A stretch of 64,000 bases of DNA, taken from assembly GCF_009914755.1 (NCBI RefSeq), contig NC_060931.1, one strand, 5' to 3'. Shown here piece by piece: positions 1 to 15,690 of the stretch. The notes under the pieces were generated by a model, which saw nothing but the letters and a program-made list of their open reading frames with translations, searched no databases and had not been told where the DNA came from. The stretch is from the human T2T-CHM13v2.0 reference genome, Homo sapiens. How positions within the stretch are numbered: position 1 is the stretch's first letter; every line of letters begins with the position of its first letter. Position numbers and translations under genes: made by a program.

Positions 1-777
<777 letters not shown>

Positions 778-1509
778 TTCCTCTCATTCTAGTTTCTTCC
801 TTTCGTTGATGCTGTAGTCACGGATCTTATTACTAGCATAACAGTCAGTAATATAAATATGTTATTTCTCTGGTTAAAGAATAATTCTTTTCAAAGCTGT
901 ATAATGTGATAAACTGACCCTGACTGATGACCATAAAAATAATTTACCCTTTTCTCCAAAGCTGTCAAAAAATTCTCAAGCTCTATAACCTATAAGCTGT
1001 CTAACCTTAAGCCACTGTTATATATTTTTCACATTTTATGAGTTAAAATAGACCTGAGAGTTAAGAAGAGGAATCATTGGTACATCTACTTCCCAGCCTG
1101 GAATATTAAGGGTCAGAGAGGTTAACTTATCTGTTCAAGGTGAAAAAAAATAGAAAGTGGGGCTCGATTACAATTGATTCTATCTCTTCATTACTCTTTT
1201 TCTTTCTCAGAATCACATTTCTGTATTCCAGTATAAATATTGAGTTTGAACGCATGAAAATTATTTTTCTGGTATTTAAACAGGGTGGTTGGATTTTGTT
1301 TTCCTTTCTGGCCTGAGGCTGTTAAGAAGAGCCAGAGATCAAGAATTTGAGTCTTTGAATGCAAAATAAAAAGCATTGCCAATGGAACTAGGTTTGTTAC
1401 TGGGGATTCTTGGTGGGGAATAATATGTTCTGGCAAAAAATGAGGAGGTCTATTTTCTCCTCCTCCTCTTATATAGTCTCCTTTTAGTTTCATACCTTTA
1501 CCTTCTTAC

Positions 1510-2193
<684 letters not shown>

Positions 2194-2470
2194 ACACATT
2201 TATTAATCTTTTATTGAATAAATGTTTGCTGAGCACCTACTATGTGCCAGGCAGTCTTTTAGGTTCTGGAGAATGCATGGTGGGAACAAAATGCCCCGGT
2301 CTCATAGATTAGGTGTGATGGGGAGGTGGAGCAAGAAAGACAATTAACGAGTTAACAGAGAGGCACCATGGAGAAAATGGAACAAGGTAATGTGTTGCAG
2401 TGTGGCTATAGGTGGGATGGGGTAATGTGATCAGGTCCTAAGAGGCAGCAAGAAGGAGGTATCTGAGTGG

Positions 2471-3140
<670 letters not shown>

Positions 3141-3149
3141 AGTGGGATC

Positions 3150-3900
3150 GGAATCACAGTTGATGGTCTTGCAAAGATTGGAGATAGGGCCCTAGGGCAG
3201 AAAGAATAGCAAGTGCCGAGCCCCTGAGGAACGAAAGAGCTTGGCATATTCATACAAAAGAAGGCAACCCTGTGTGGCTGGATAGTAGCCATCAATGGCA
3301 GGAAATGGAATTGTAGGACTATTTGGGACTAGTTCACACAGAAATTTGAAGTGATGGTGAGGACTTACTTTGTGTTTTATCGTAGTTACAATGGAAAACA
3401 TTGCATATGTTTAGGCTCTAGAGGAGCACCGTGAACCAATGTGCAGTCACAAAAGAATAGAGGTGCCAGGGATATAGTAAGGAGGATCTTCTAGACTGCA
3501 AGAAATATTGATGGTTTGACTAAGAGTAGTGTGGATGGAGGAAAGTTTATGAATGAAACCTATTTTTGAAATAGAGTCACAGGTGATAGTGATGGACTTG
3601 ATGCAAGGAGAAGATGTGTAGAGAAAATAGAAGAATCAATGGTGATGCTTTGGTTTTTGGCTTGAACAACTGGAGTGGCATTTACTAAGCTGAGGAGACT
3701 GGAAGAGGAAAAAATTTTTTTTCCCTTTGTAGGAAAAACACCCACAGTTCTGTTTCAAATATGTTAAGGAATCCTTCTAGAAATCTCATTATACATGACA
3801 AACAGTCTGCTGGATATAGGAGTTTGGAACCCAGGAAAAAGGTCAAGGCTTGAGCTAAAAATTTGCGGCTATATAAATAATCTTTAAAGCCAGTAGATAA
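3150..3900 (-). mobile_element. Degenerate L2 fragment
   Basis: L2-like motifs (tttttggcttgaacaactgg, tttactaagctgagga, ctggatataggagtttggaacccagg); a related 3' piece lies at about 2196-2450. Confidence 0.5.
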
Positions 3901-4030
3901 TCTGTGGACAGAGTAGAGATGGAGAAGAATACACTAGAACTTGGAGTGTTTCATTACATTATCTTCAGCCCGCTGATATTTCCTCTCTTACTCAAATGCC
4001 CCAGTAACGGTTCTTCCTCTTCCAGATCCT

Positions 4031-4345
4031 TTTTTTTTTTTTTTTTTTTTTTGAGACAGGGTCTCACTCTGTCACCCAGGCTGGAGTGCAGTCGCCTGAT
4101 TATAGATCACTGCAGTCTCTGCCTCCTGGGATGGTGTGTTCCTCCCACCTCAGCCTCCTGAGTAGCTGGGGGGACTACAGGCACATGCCATCACACCCGG
4201 CTAACTTTTAAACTTTTAAAATTTTTGTAGAGATAGGATCTTGCTATGTTGCTCAGGCTGGTGTCCAACTCCTGGGCTCAAGCGATCCTCCCACCTTGGC
4301 CTCCTAAAGTGCTGGGATTACAGATGTGAGCCCCCACACCCAGCC
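4031..4345 (-). mobile_element. AluJ with TSD
   Basis: Full dimer; TSD tccagatcctt at 4021-4031 and 4346-4356. Confidence 0.9.
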
Positions 4346-6373
4346 TCCAGATCCTTCTAATGGGCGTTCCCTAAGTTACTGCCATCAGCTCCCATTTCCA
4401 CCCCTCAACAAGTTCCGTGATTCCTGGACAATCTCATGTATTTATGTAGATTCATCTGATCTATACTGGTGACTTTCCAAGTCTGTGATCCTGTCCTTAT
4501 TGCTCACCCAACCTTAATTGTATCAAATCCACTCAATTCAAACCAATATAAGTCAAGAAGCATTTGTTGGACAATGTCCACATATCAGGCAGGTTGGTCG
4601 GTCATCACTGACTATATACGATGGTACCACTTTAGTAACTCTAACCCTCAGCCTTGGGGGCATAGAAGCTTGATTTTCTCAGCATATTAAGTGGAGCAAT
4701 TTCTCAGGGTGCAAATTAACCCAGCTCACAAAAATCTCATGTATATAAATCAAAATGTCAATTCATTAATTTACGATGAGAAATTCAACTTACAAGAGGA
4801 GGAGACATTTGCATTTGCCTGATCTGCACATTTTCTCCATCTAGGAAAACTACATAGAGAGCCAAATCATCAGAAGTTTGCATGGATTACGAGAGATCTG
4901 AGCAAGGGGCCTTGGTGGCAGATTTGAATGTTTAATATCATCAGGCAGGGATAGTTGGATGCATCTATGTCTGCAGAGAAATCAAACAAATCATGTGTTC
5001 CTATGCACTTCTAGGATACCAAAAGAGTGCTTAGATGGGCTTTGCCAAAATACATTTCTCCCATACTCCCTTTTCTATGTTCTGTGATCACATTTCCCTT
5101 TGGTCTAATACATTCTTTCTCTGGATAAGTTAATACAATAAAATCAGTTAACTCCCACTAGGTCTTATTTTTACCTAGGAACCAGTTCATCCCAGTAAGG
5201 GTAATGTACATATTTCTGATTTCATTCTTTATGTGTAGAATAATTCACTTAGCTATTAGAAAGTAGATTCATTTTCTTCATTTCAAATTCTGTAGCCTCA
5301 AATATCTAGAATAATGTTCTTCAAATAAATATCTTATGAAATGTTTATCAAATGAATGAATGAATGACTGGATTTACTTTTGTCTCCATGCAGCTTGAAC
5401 GATTAAATAGAAAAAAGCAGATTTTATTTAACATATTTGGTTGACTTTAACAAAAAACAAATGGTGGACAAAAGAATATTTTCTAGTCTACTTGCCCAAG
5501 ACCCAAGGTTCTACCAATATCACACTGTTCAGAGCAGTTTCATGTCAAGATGGAGTCCAGCAGGACAGAATCATGGCTTCATTCCATACACAAGTCCACA
5601 AAGTATAGCTTTTGACCTCACTGTCTTATTTTGATTTAACTTTAACTCTTCCAAAGCTGAATGGCAGAAATCACTTTTAGTTTGTTATCTACTTTACATT
5701 TCCCTTCAATACCAATATTCTATTTTCCTCATATTAACAAAGCAATGGAATGCACGAATTAAGACTGTCTGAATGAATGACCAAGATTCAGATTCTACAT
5801 TATGGTAAGGATCAGGTGAGATCCATGTCACACCCAGTGGGTGGTTCTGTAATTTAATGCTTTTCTGAGGCTATGACCAAATACTTCCACTATAAGAATT
5901 TATCCTGAGAAAATAAAGAAGCAGTTAAAGATTTATATCTGAAGATTTTCCTTATAGCATTATATTATAACAGTTCAAAACAAACACAAAACTAGAAAAC
6001 ATTTAACAGGGATTGGTTAACACGGCGCATTACACAGTAATGTATTATGCAGCCATGAAAATCATGCTTTCAGAGAATGTTTAAGGACATGGGAAAATGC
6101 TTGCTGTGCACATAGTTATTTTTGTTCACCAATATTCTTTCCTTTTGTTCTGATTGCTGTGATGGGAGCTCTCCTATATTCTACATGGCACTAACACTCA
6201 CATATCTAGAACTTATACATTTTATTTTATTTTACTATTACCTTTTTTTAGTGCCAAGACATTTACAGAAAGTTTTCAAAATTTTCAAAAATGTTACAAG
6301 AAGCGTGCAAACACAGTGAAACTAGTGGCAAATGAGACATTGAAAACTAACATCTGGATAAGTCTTAGAACCT

Positions 6374-9240
6374 ATATATATAATATATACATATAATATA
6401 TATAATATATATAATATATATATTATATATATAAAATATATATAATATATATAATATATATATTATATATATAATATATATTATATATATAATATATATA
6501 TTATATATATAAAATATATATTATATATATAAAATATATAAAAAATATATAATATATAAAATATGTGTAAAATATGTATTATATATAAAATATATATAAA
6601 ATATATATTACATATAAAATATATAAAATATATAAAAAATATATATTATATATAAAATATATAAAAAATATATATTATATATAAAATACATAAAATATAT
6701 ATAAAATATATATTATATATAAAATATATATTATATATAAAATATATATTATATATAAAATATATAAAATATATAAAATATATATTATCTATAAAATATA
6801 TAAAATATATAAAATATATATTATCTATATAATAAATATAAAATATATATTATATATATTATATATAAAATATATATAATATATATAAAATATATATAAT
6901 ATATATTTTATATATAATATATATTATACATTATAATATATATATATTTATAATAATTATATATATAAAATATATATTATATTTATAATATATAATATAT
7001 ATAAAATATATATTATATTTATAATAATAATATATATAAAATATATATTATATTTATAATAATATATATAATATATATTATATTTATAATAATATATATA
7101 ATATATATTATATTTATAATAATATATATAATATATATTATATTTATAATAATATATATAATATATATTATATTTATAATAATATATATAATATATATTA
7201 TATTTATAATAATATATATTATATATTATATTTATAATAATATATATTATATATTATATTTATAATAATATATATTATATATTATATTTATAATAATATA
7301 TAATATATATTATATTTATAATAATATATAATATATATTATATTTATAATAATATATATTATATATTATATTTATAATAATAATATATAATATATATTAT
7401 ATTTATAATAATAATATATAATATATATTATATTTATAATAATAATATATAATATATATTATATTTATAATAATAATATAATATATATTATATTTATAAT
7501 AATAATATAATATATATTATATTATAATAATAATATAATATATATTATATTATAATAATAATATAATATATATTATATTATAATAATAATATAATATATA
7601 TTATATTTATAATAATAATATAATATATATTATATTTATAATATAATATATATTATATTTCTAATAATAATATATAATATATATTATATTATAATAATAA
7701 TATATATAATATATATTATATTTATAATAATAATATATATAATATATATTATATTTATAATATATATTATATATATAATATATATTATATAAAATATATA
7801 TAATATATAATATATAATATATATATCATATATAATATATATGATATATATATTATATATGATATATATATTATATATATTTTATATATATATATTTTTA
7901 TATATATATTAAATATATATATTTTTATATATATATAAAATATATATATTTATATATATATATATTTTATATATATATAAATATATATATTTTATATATA
8001 ATATATATTATATATAATATATATATCATATATATATTATACATGATATATATTATATATAATATATATTATATATTATATATAATATATATCATGTATA
8101 ATATATATTATATATATAATATTTATAATATATATTATATATATAATATATAATATATATCATATATATTATATATATTATATATGATATATATAATATA
8201 TATCATATATATATTATATATAATATATATAATATATGATATATATTATATATATAATATATATAATATATATAGTATATAATATATATAATATATATTA
8301 TATATGATATATATGATATATATAATATATGTATTATATATATTATATATATCATATATAATATATATAATACATATATAATATATATCATATATATCAT
8401 ATATAATATATATAATACATATATAATATATATTATATATAAAATATATAATATATATAAAATATATATAATATATACAAAATATATATAAAATATATAT
8501 AATATATAAAATATATATAACATATATAATATATATAAAATATATATAAAACATACATAATATATAAAATATATATTATATATAAAACATATAAAATATA
8601 TAAAATATATATTATATATAAAATATATATTATATATAAAAATATATAATATATATAAAATATATATTATATATAAAATATATATTATATATATAAAATA
8701 CATATAATATATATAAAATATATTTAATATACATAAAATAAATATATAAAAAATATATAATATATATAAAATATATATAATATATATAAAATACATATAA
8801 TATATATAAAATATATATTATATATAAAATACATATCATATATATAAAATACATATCATATATATAAATTATATATATTATATATAAAATATATATAATT
8901 TATATATATGATATGTATTTTATATATAATATATGTATTTTATATATATTTTATATAGTATATATATTTTATATATAATATATATATTTTATATATATTA
9001 TATGTATTTTATATATATGATATGTATTTTATATATAATATATATTTTATATATATTATATGTATTTTATATATATTATATATATTTTATATATATTATA
9101 TATATTTTTTATATATTTATTTTATGTATATTATATATATTTTATATATATTATATGTATTTTATATATATAATATATGTATTTTATATATAATATATGT
9201 ATTATATATAATGTATGTATTTTATATATATAATATATAT
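6374..9240. repeat. 2.9-kb AT-rich (TA)n-derived compound tandem array
   Basis: Almost only A/T. Contains exact 30-bp units tatttataataatatatataatatatatta (7081-7200) and atcatatata and aaaatatatat sub-domains. The Y/I/F-rich ORFs here are artefacts. Confidence 0.98.
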
Positions 9241-9242
9241 GG

Positions 9243-9555
9243 TTTTTTAATTTTTTTTAATTTTTTTTATTTTTTGAGACAGAGTCTCGCTCTGTCGCCC
9301 AGGCTAGAATGCAGTGGCGCGATCTCGGCTCTCTGCAAGCTCCGCCTCCCGGTTCACGCCATTCTCTTGCCTCAGCCTCCCGAGTAGCTGGGACTACAGG
9401 CGCCTGCCACCGCTCCCGGCTAATTTTTTGTATTTTTAGTAGAGACGGGGTTTCACCGTGTTAGCCAGGATGGTCTTGATCTCCCGACTTCGTGATCCGC
9501 CCACCTGGGCTTCCCAAAGTGCTGGGATTACAGGCGTGAGACCCCGCGCCCGGCC
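9243..9555 (-). mobile_element. AluY
   Basis: AluY diagnostics (gcaagctccgcctcccggttcacgccattct; accgtgttagccaggatggtc); CpG-rich. Confidence 0.92.
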
Positions 9556-10089
9556 TAGAACCTCTACATTTTAAAATTTAATGTGTGTAGTCTCACAAAC
9601 CCCAAAGGCCCACGCATCTTATTCCTGCAGACTTCTCTCTCTGTTGCTACCAATAGGATAGGAGAACAAAAAAAGAATTAAGCAATGGCCAATCAGTGAC
9701 TACTCTGGGCCAAGACTTCTTACAGGAGCCCATGGCTGTGCTAGATGACGGGACCAGGGGCTGGACTTCATTCAATATCACAAAGCAGGTGGAATTTAGC
9801 AAGGTATTTAAGCTGGGTTTTGAAGCTTAGGACTGAGGGTAAGAGGGTCAGGCATCACTCTGTAAGTCTTCTTTGAAGCATGTGAAGAAAATCAATCAGG
9901 TTCATCAAAAGAGAGAAAGTCGCATGTTGTATTTCTCTTCTGCTACTCATGTCTCGGCATCAGCACCCCTGGAGGTATGAGACAGGGCAGTAGGAATCCT
10001 TTACACACATAGTAGCAGCAACAGCAGCAATGGACAGTGTCACTAACACTGATTCCATCAGAAGATTGGAACATTGGTGGTAGTGCCCC

Positions 10090-10605
10090 CAATTCCTGGC
10101 AGGGGAGGAGCTTTCCCTTCTCAGCCCATTAAGTTTGGAGGCAGAGACTACTCTTATTGGCTCCAGAAAAGGGGGTGTGCCAAAGGCCTGGCCAATCAGA
10201 GAGCCATATCATCTGGGACATGGGATTGGCTCAGAGATGAGCAGGTGATTGCTTCAAAGCCAATGATATGAGACTTCTGCTAGAACTTGATTTGAAGTTT
10301 TCTTCAAATCTTCATGACTTCTAGCCATGAAGTCATGAAGAAAAGGCTGGAACAGCTCACTGCCATTTTGCCACCAGGAAGAAAAAGCCAAAGTGAGCTG
10401 GAAACCACACAGCAACAGAGCTGAGGTGGAGAAAGCCCAGCCCTTAGTGGCATAGTTTGAATCTCTGAATTCCACTACGTCTAATTATTTGTTTCTCCCT
10501 AAATTTTTAGTAGTGTGAACCAACACATCCCTGAAGTGCCTTAACCTTTCTGCTTAAGGAACTTTGAATATATTTTCTGTCACAACCAAGAGATTCCTAA
10601 CTGAA
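10090..10605 (+). mobile_element. Old MLT1 (J/K-like) LTR
   Basis: ctggccaatcagag...gattggctcagagatgagcaggtga motif and 3' end ctgtcacaaccaagagattcctaactgaat. Confidence 0.55.
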
Positions 10606-10926
10606 TCCTAACTTAGAACTTTGGGGTTTGTGCAGCTTCACAAACCCCAAAGGTCCAAGTATCTTATTCCTACTGCTGCTACTAATAGGATACAAGAACA
10701 AAGATAATAAAGGCCAATCGATGACTATTCTGAGCCAAGACTCCTCACAGGAGCTCATGGCTGTGCTAGATGGGCTTCTTATGATGACTAGTTGATGAAA
10801 ATAGTAGGAGCAAGTAATAAACTGCAAATAATGTGTATATGTGTGTAAGAAAATCTACCAACATGTCAACAGTGATTATCTCTGAATTATGAAGTTGTGA
10901 AGTTTTTTTCTTTAAATACATTCTAG

Positions 10927-11256
<330 letters not shown>

Positions 11257-11486
11257 TAATTTTAAATAACAATGCAAAGGAGATTAAAGAGCTCTTGGTT
11301 TTCCTTCTTCAGTGACACAAGCAAAAGCCCATATGGCCTTTTCCACAACATCAGGAGACATTTCACAGATTCCCCTGACAATTTCAGATGGAGACCAGTG
11401 AGCTCAAGTTACAGGTTAATCTTGTGTTTAGTTAGATAATGGAAGAGGAAACTTGGCCATCGAGTAGTTTAAAGACTAGCATTCGA

Positions 11487-11851
<365 letters not shown>

Positions 11852-12044
11852 CTAATCCCTAAGAGAGAAACTGAGATGGTTGCCCACAGGTGGTGATTCC
11901 TGAGAGGCTGGGGCAGAAAGTGACGGGCATCCTGACAGCAGAAAACTGAAGGACCTTCATGAAACCATCCTCCACATCACAAAGGTCTCCCATGTTTTTT
12001 GTGGTTGGCTGGCTTACTTTACCACCCAGACTTCACAAAGTTCA

Positions 12045-12150
12045 GAGGAGAGGAGAGGGAAGGGGAGAGGACAGGAGAAGGGAGGGGAGGGGAGGAGAGG
12101 AGGGGAGGCAGGGAGAGGTGAGGGGAGCAGGAAGGAAGCACAGGAGAAGG
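12045..12150. repeat. GA-rich polypurine tract
   Basis: (GGAGA/GGGGA)n-like run. Confidence 0.85.
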
Positions 12151-12648
12151 CCCCTCAGGAGACAGGGCTGGTGCTGATGAAAGTGCCACCTCCTTCCTCC
12201 CCCTGAAGTATCAGTGGAAGAAGCCACCGTCCCTGGTAGGTAACGAAGTGAATTAAGAGCCCGAGTTTTTAAAAGGGCCTGCAAAAGTTTACAGTAGGGA
12301 CTATGATCACATTTATAGGTCTCCACCAGAAGGAAGTTAAAGAAATCTGCCTGGACACACAAAATAATCACCTGCCATCTTTATGTGGTCGGGAGGGAAT
12401 TGACGACCCCGGAGATCCATATCCCGCCAGCTGCTCTCACACAGGCTAGGGCCACAGGGAGGAAACGTTCTCTTCATCCTTCAAGTGCCTGTTTTCCCTA
12501 CACCCCTTTTGCCCACCAGAATGAATTGCCCCTTGTGGACTAACCCCCCACATTTTAAGCACATTTCTAGTTATCAGAACACAGAGAGACTCTCAGGCTT
12601 ATTGTAGTTATGCCTTTGTGAGTCTATCCTCCATCTCCTTGAAGACAT

Positions 12649-13014
12649 TGATATAGTTTGACTGTGTTTCCACCTAAATCTTATCTTAAATTGTAGCTTC
12701 CGTAATTCCCATGTGCTGTGGGAGGGAGCCGGTGGGAGATAATTAAATCATGGGGGCAGTTTCCCCCATACTGTTCTCGTGGTATTGAATAAGTCTCCCG
12801 AGATCTGATTTTATAAGGGGAAATCCCTTTCACTTGGTCCTCATTCCCTCTTGTCCGCCGCCAGGTAAGACACGCCTTTTGCCTTCTGCCTTCCGCCATA
12901 CTTGTGAGGCCTCCCCAGCCATGTGAAACTGTGAGTACATTACACCTCTTTTTCTTTATAAATTACCCAGTCTCAGAGATGTCTTTATTAGCAGTGTGAA
13001 AACAGACTAATACA
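12649..13014 (+). mobile_element. THE1 (MaLR) solo LTR
   Basis: tgatatagtttgactgtgtttccacctaaatct...gtgtgaaaacagactaataca; 5-bp TSD gacat/cacat. Confidence 0.88.
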
Positions 13015-14559
13015 CACATCTTCATCTAATCATTCTTTTGAAGTTTCTCCTTCTTCCCCCCACTCCTGTCCCATACTTCAATACCTGCAGAGTGTATGTT
13101 CTTAATAAATGTATATTCAATTTTGAATTCTTATAGCTGGCTCTTTGCAGCATATCGTTCCAACCAAAGAAATGAATTGGCCAATTGCCTCTCCCTGTGT
13201 TCCCCAGAGGATCAGAGAAGGCTGAGCTTCCTGAACTCAGTAGTGAAGGGGTCTTGAGCCTTGAGCCCTCTGGAGCCCGCTCTTCTAGAACCCTGAGGTC
13301 TCATGCTGCTGAAGCCTTGGGAATGTGTACTCCAAGCACTGTCTCTTTCTTTACAGGATTTTCCCAAATTAAAATGCCCAATAGGTAAACAAAACCTCAG
13401 ACTTTTACTTTAGGCCCTGCTGGAAGGACCCAGTTGGAGAAAGGAGTGAATAATGTAAAGATTAAGGGCCTTAGGGGTCAGATAGCCATGGCCTTGACAT
13501 CCATACAAAATCAGGCAAGTAACCCAGCCCATAGGAGCCCCAGTTTCCCTATGCATAAATGGGGAGAATACTACCTTTTTCAGAAGGTAGTTGTAAACCT
13601 TTAGTAGAATGACATATGTTTAATCCCAGGCACTGAAGAGAAACTCAACAAATGTTAGTTTTTTCCCACTTTTTCGCATTTTTTTTTTATTTTCCTAGAA
13701 TTTTCTACATTTCCCTGGAATTTTCTCAACTGGGGCATGATGGGTAATGATGAGTTTACTAAGAGCTCAGTCCCTAAAAGTGTATTGGTTGCTTCTAGGA
13801 AGGTAAAGTGTTTAAGTCAGGAAGCTTATGGTGGTATCTCTGCTGGGCATTTCAATGACCTGGGAGGCAGCCAGGACACAGCCCTGGCAGGCAGCGAATT
13901 CTGTGAACCTTAAGTCAACAATGCAGAGGTTGCCCCAGCCCTGCATGGTACGGAGAACCAGTTCTTTGCACAAAGGCATCACAGTTTCCGACGTGAACTT
14001 AGCAGCCATTTCCACAGCCACAAGGAAAGACAAATTCCTCTCTCCACAACCCGGTCCTCACAGGGAAAGGTTTGTGTCCATCCAGTGAGGATGTTGGCAA
14101 ACCCAATGATGAAGGCCTGACCAGCAAAAGTCTTATAATTAGTTACTCAATGCTTCAGAATAAGCTTGCTTTCTCTAAGCAAATCCAGGAGAAGAAGACA
14201 ATTCTAGAGCTATGAATGATCCCCCTGAGATATCAGCCCTCCAGAAAGGAAGCAGAAGCAGTCCAGGCAGCTTAACTTCAGCCACAGTGGGACAGGAGGT
14301 GACATTTACAATGTTGGTTCACAGCCCAGAGGGCCAGTGGATCTGGGAGGGTCTCCCAGTGCCTGGACAAAGGGAGTGAGTGTTGGGATTTCCAGAGGCA
14401 TCCTTGGACTCTAAGCAGTAGCTCCAGAGGCTGTGTGGGCTAAGGACAAGGAGCCCATGGGAAAGAGCAGATGCTAGGGTAATGGAATACATGGTATTTG
14501 GAGCCTAGAAGTCAAAGCGCACTTAAGTGAGACCCAAATTGATGTCTTATCCATTTCTG

Positions 14560-14988
14560 TTTTTTAAAAAATTTTTATTTCCATAGGTTATTGGGGAAGA
14601 GGTGGTATTCAGTTACATGAGTAAGTTTTTCAGTGATGATCTGCGAGATTTTGGTGCACCCTTCACCCAAGCAGTATATGCTGCACCCAATTTGTAGTCT
14701 TTTACCCCTCACCCCCTTCCCACTCTTCCCCTTGGAGTCCCCAAAGTCCACTGTGTCATTCTTATGCCTTTGCATCCTCATAGCTTAGCACCCACTTATG
14801 AGTGAGAACATACGATGTTTGGTTTTCCATTCTTGAGTTACTTCACTGAGAATAATAGTCTCCAATCTCATCCAGGTTGCTGTGAATTCCATTAATTTTT
14901 ATGGCTGAGTAGTATTCCAGCATATATATATATATTCCATCATATATATATAACAGTTTCTCTATCCACTCGAAATGCCCATCAATCA
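14560..14988 (-). mobile_element. L1PB-type 3' end, 5'-truncated, with a short 5' inversion
   Basis: tttccataggttattgggg...ttacatgagtaag L1PB 3' UTR; TSD atccatttct at 14549-14558 and 14988-14997. Confidence 0.85.
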
Positions 14989-15386
14989 TCCATTTCTTTT
15001 TAAATGGGTTTAAAAAGGATCTCTCTTAGATCAGCATTGGCCTGTAATGGTCAGAGGAAGGAAAGAGCAGCTACTCTCCTTGTCTTCATCAGCATAACCT
15101 TCTTCTGTGATCCCACCTGCTCAACAGATACACTTTCCTGCATTCATTCAGCAAGCAATCATCAAACATGTAGGCTGAGCCAGGCCACATGTTAGGGTGG
15201 TTGTTCCCAAACTCAGGGTTCATGGATTTTGCCAGGCTGGCAGCAAAAGAAAACAGTTTTGGAAACTTAAAAATACCAATTTCTGGGCTTCTCCATAAGC
15301 CTAGGTGAATTCCAAATAATCCATATTTTTAAAAAATTTCTCATTTGAATGTCACCATATTAGGAGTACAAGAAAGAATGACCAGC

Positions 15387-15690
15387 GGCCAGGCATGGTG
15401 GCTCACGCCTGTTACCCCAGTGCTTTGGGAGGCCAGGGCAGGAGGATCACTTGAGGCCAGGAGTTTGAGACTAACTTGGATAACATAGTGAGACCCTGTC
15501 TCTAAAAAAATTTTTTTTATATTAGCTGGACATGGTGGTAATCCCAGTTGCTTGGGAGGCTGAGAGTGGAAGGATCCCTTGAGCCCAGGAGAGCCAGGCT
15601 GCAATGAGCTATGATCACACCATTGTACTCCAGCTGGGGCAACAGAGTGAGACCTTGTCTCTATTGAAAAAAAAAAAAAAAGAAAAAGAA
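15387..15690 (+). mobile_element. AluJ with TSD
   Basis: TSD aagaaagaatgaccag. Confidence 0.88.

Noticed and set aside
7081-7760. CRISPR-like 30-bp periodicity
   Set aside because: Head-to-tail tandem units without unique spacers, in eukaryotic DNA.
8203-9387. Long Y/I/F/L-rich ORFs that look hydrophobic
   Set aside because: Translations of the AT array and the adjacent Alu; no coding signal.
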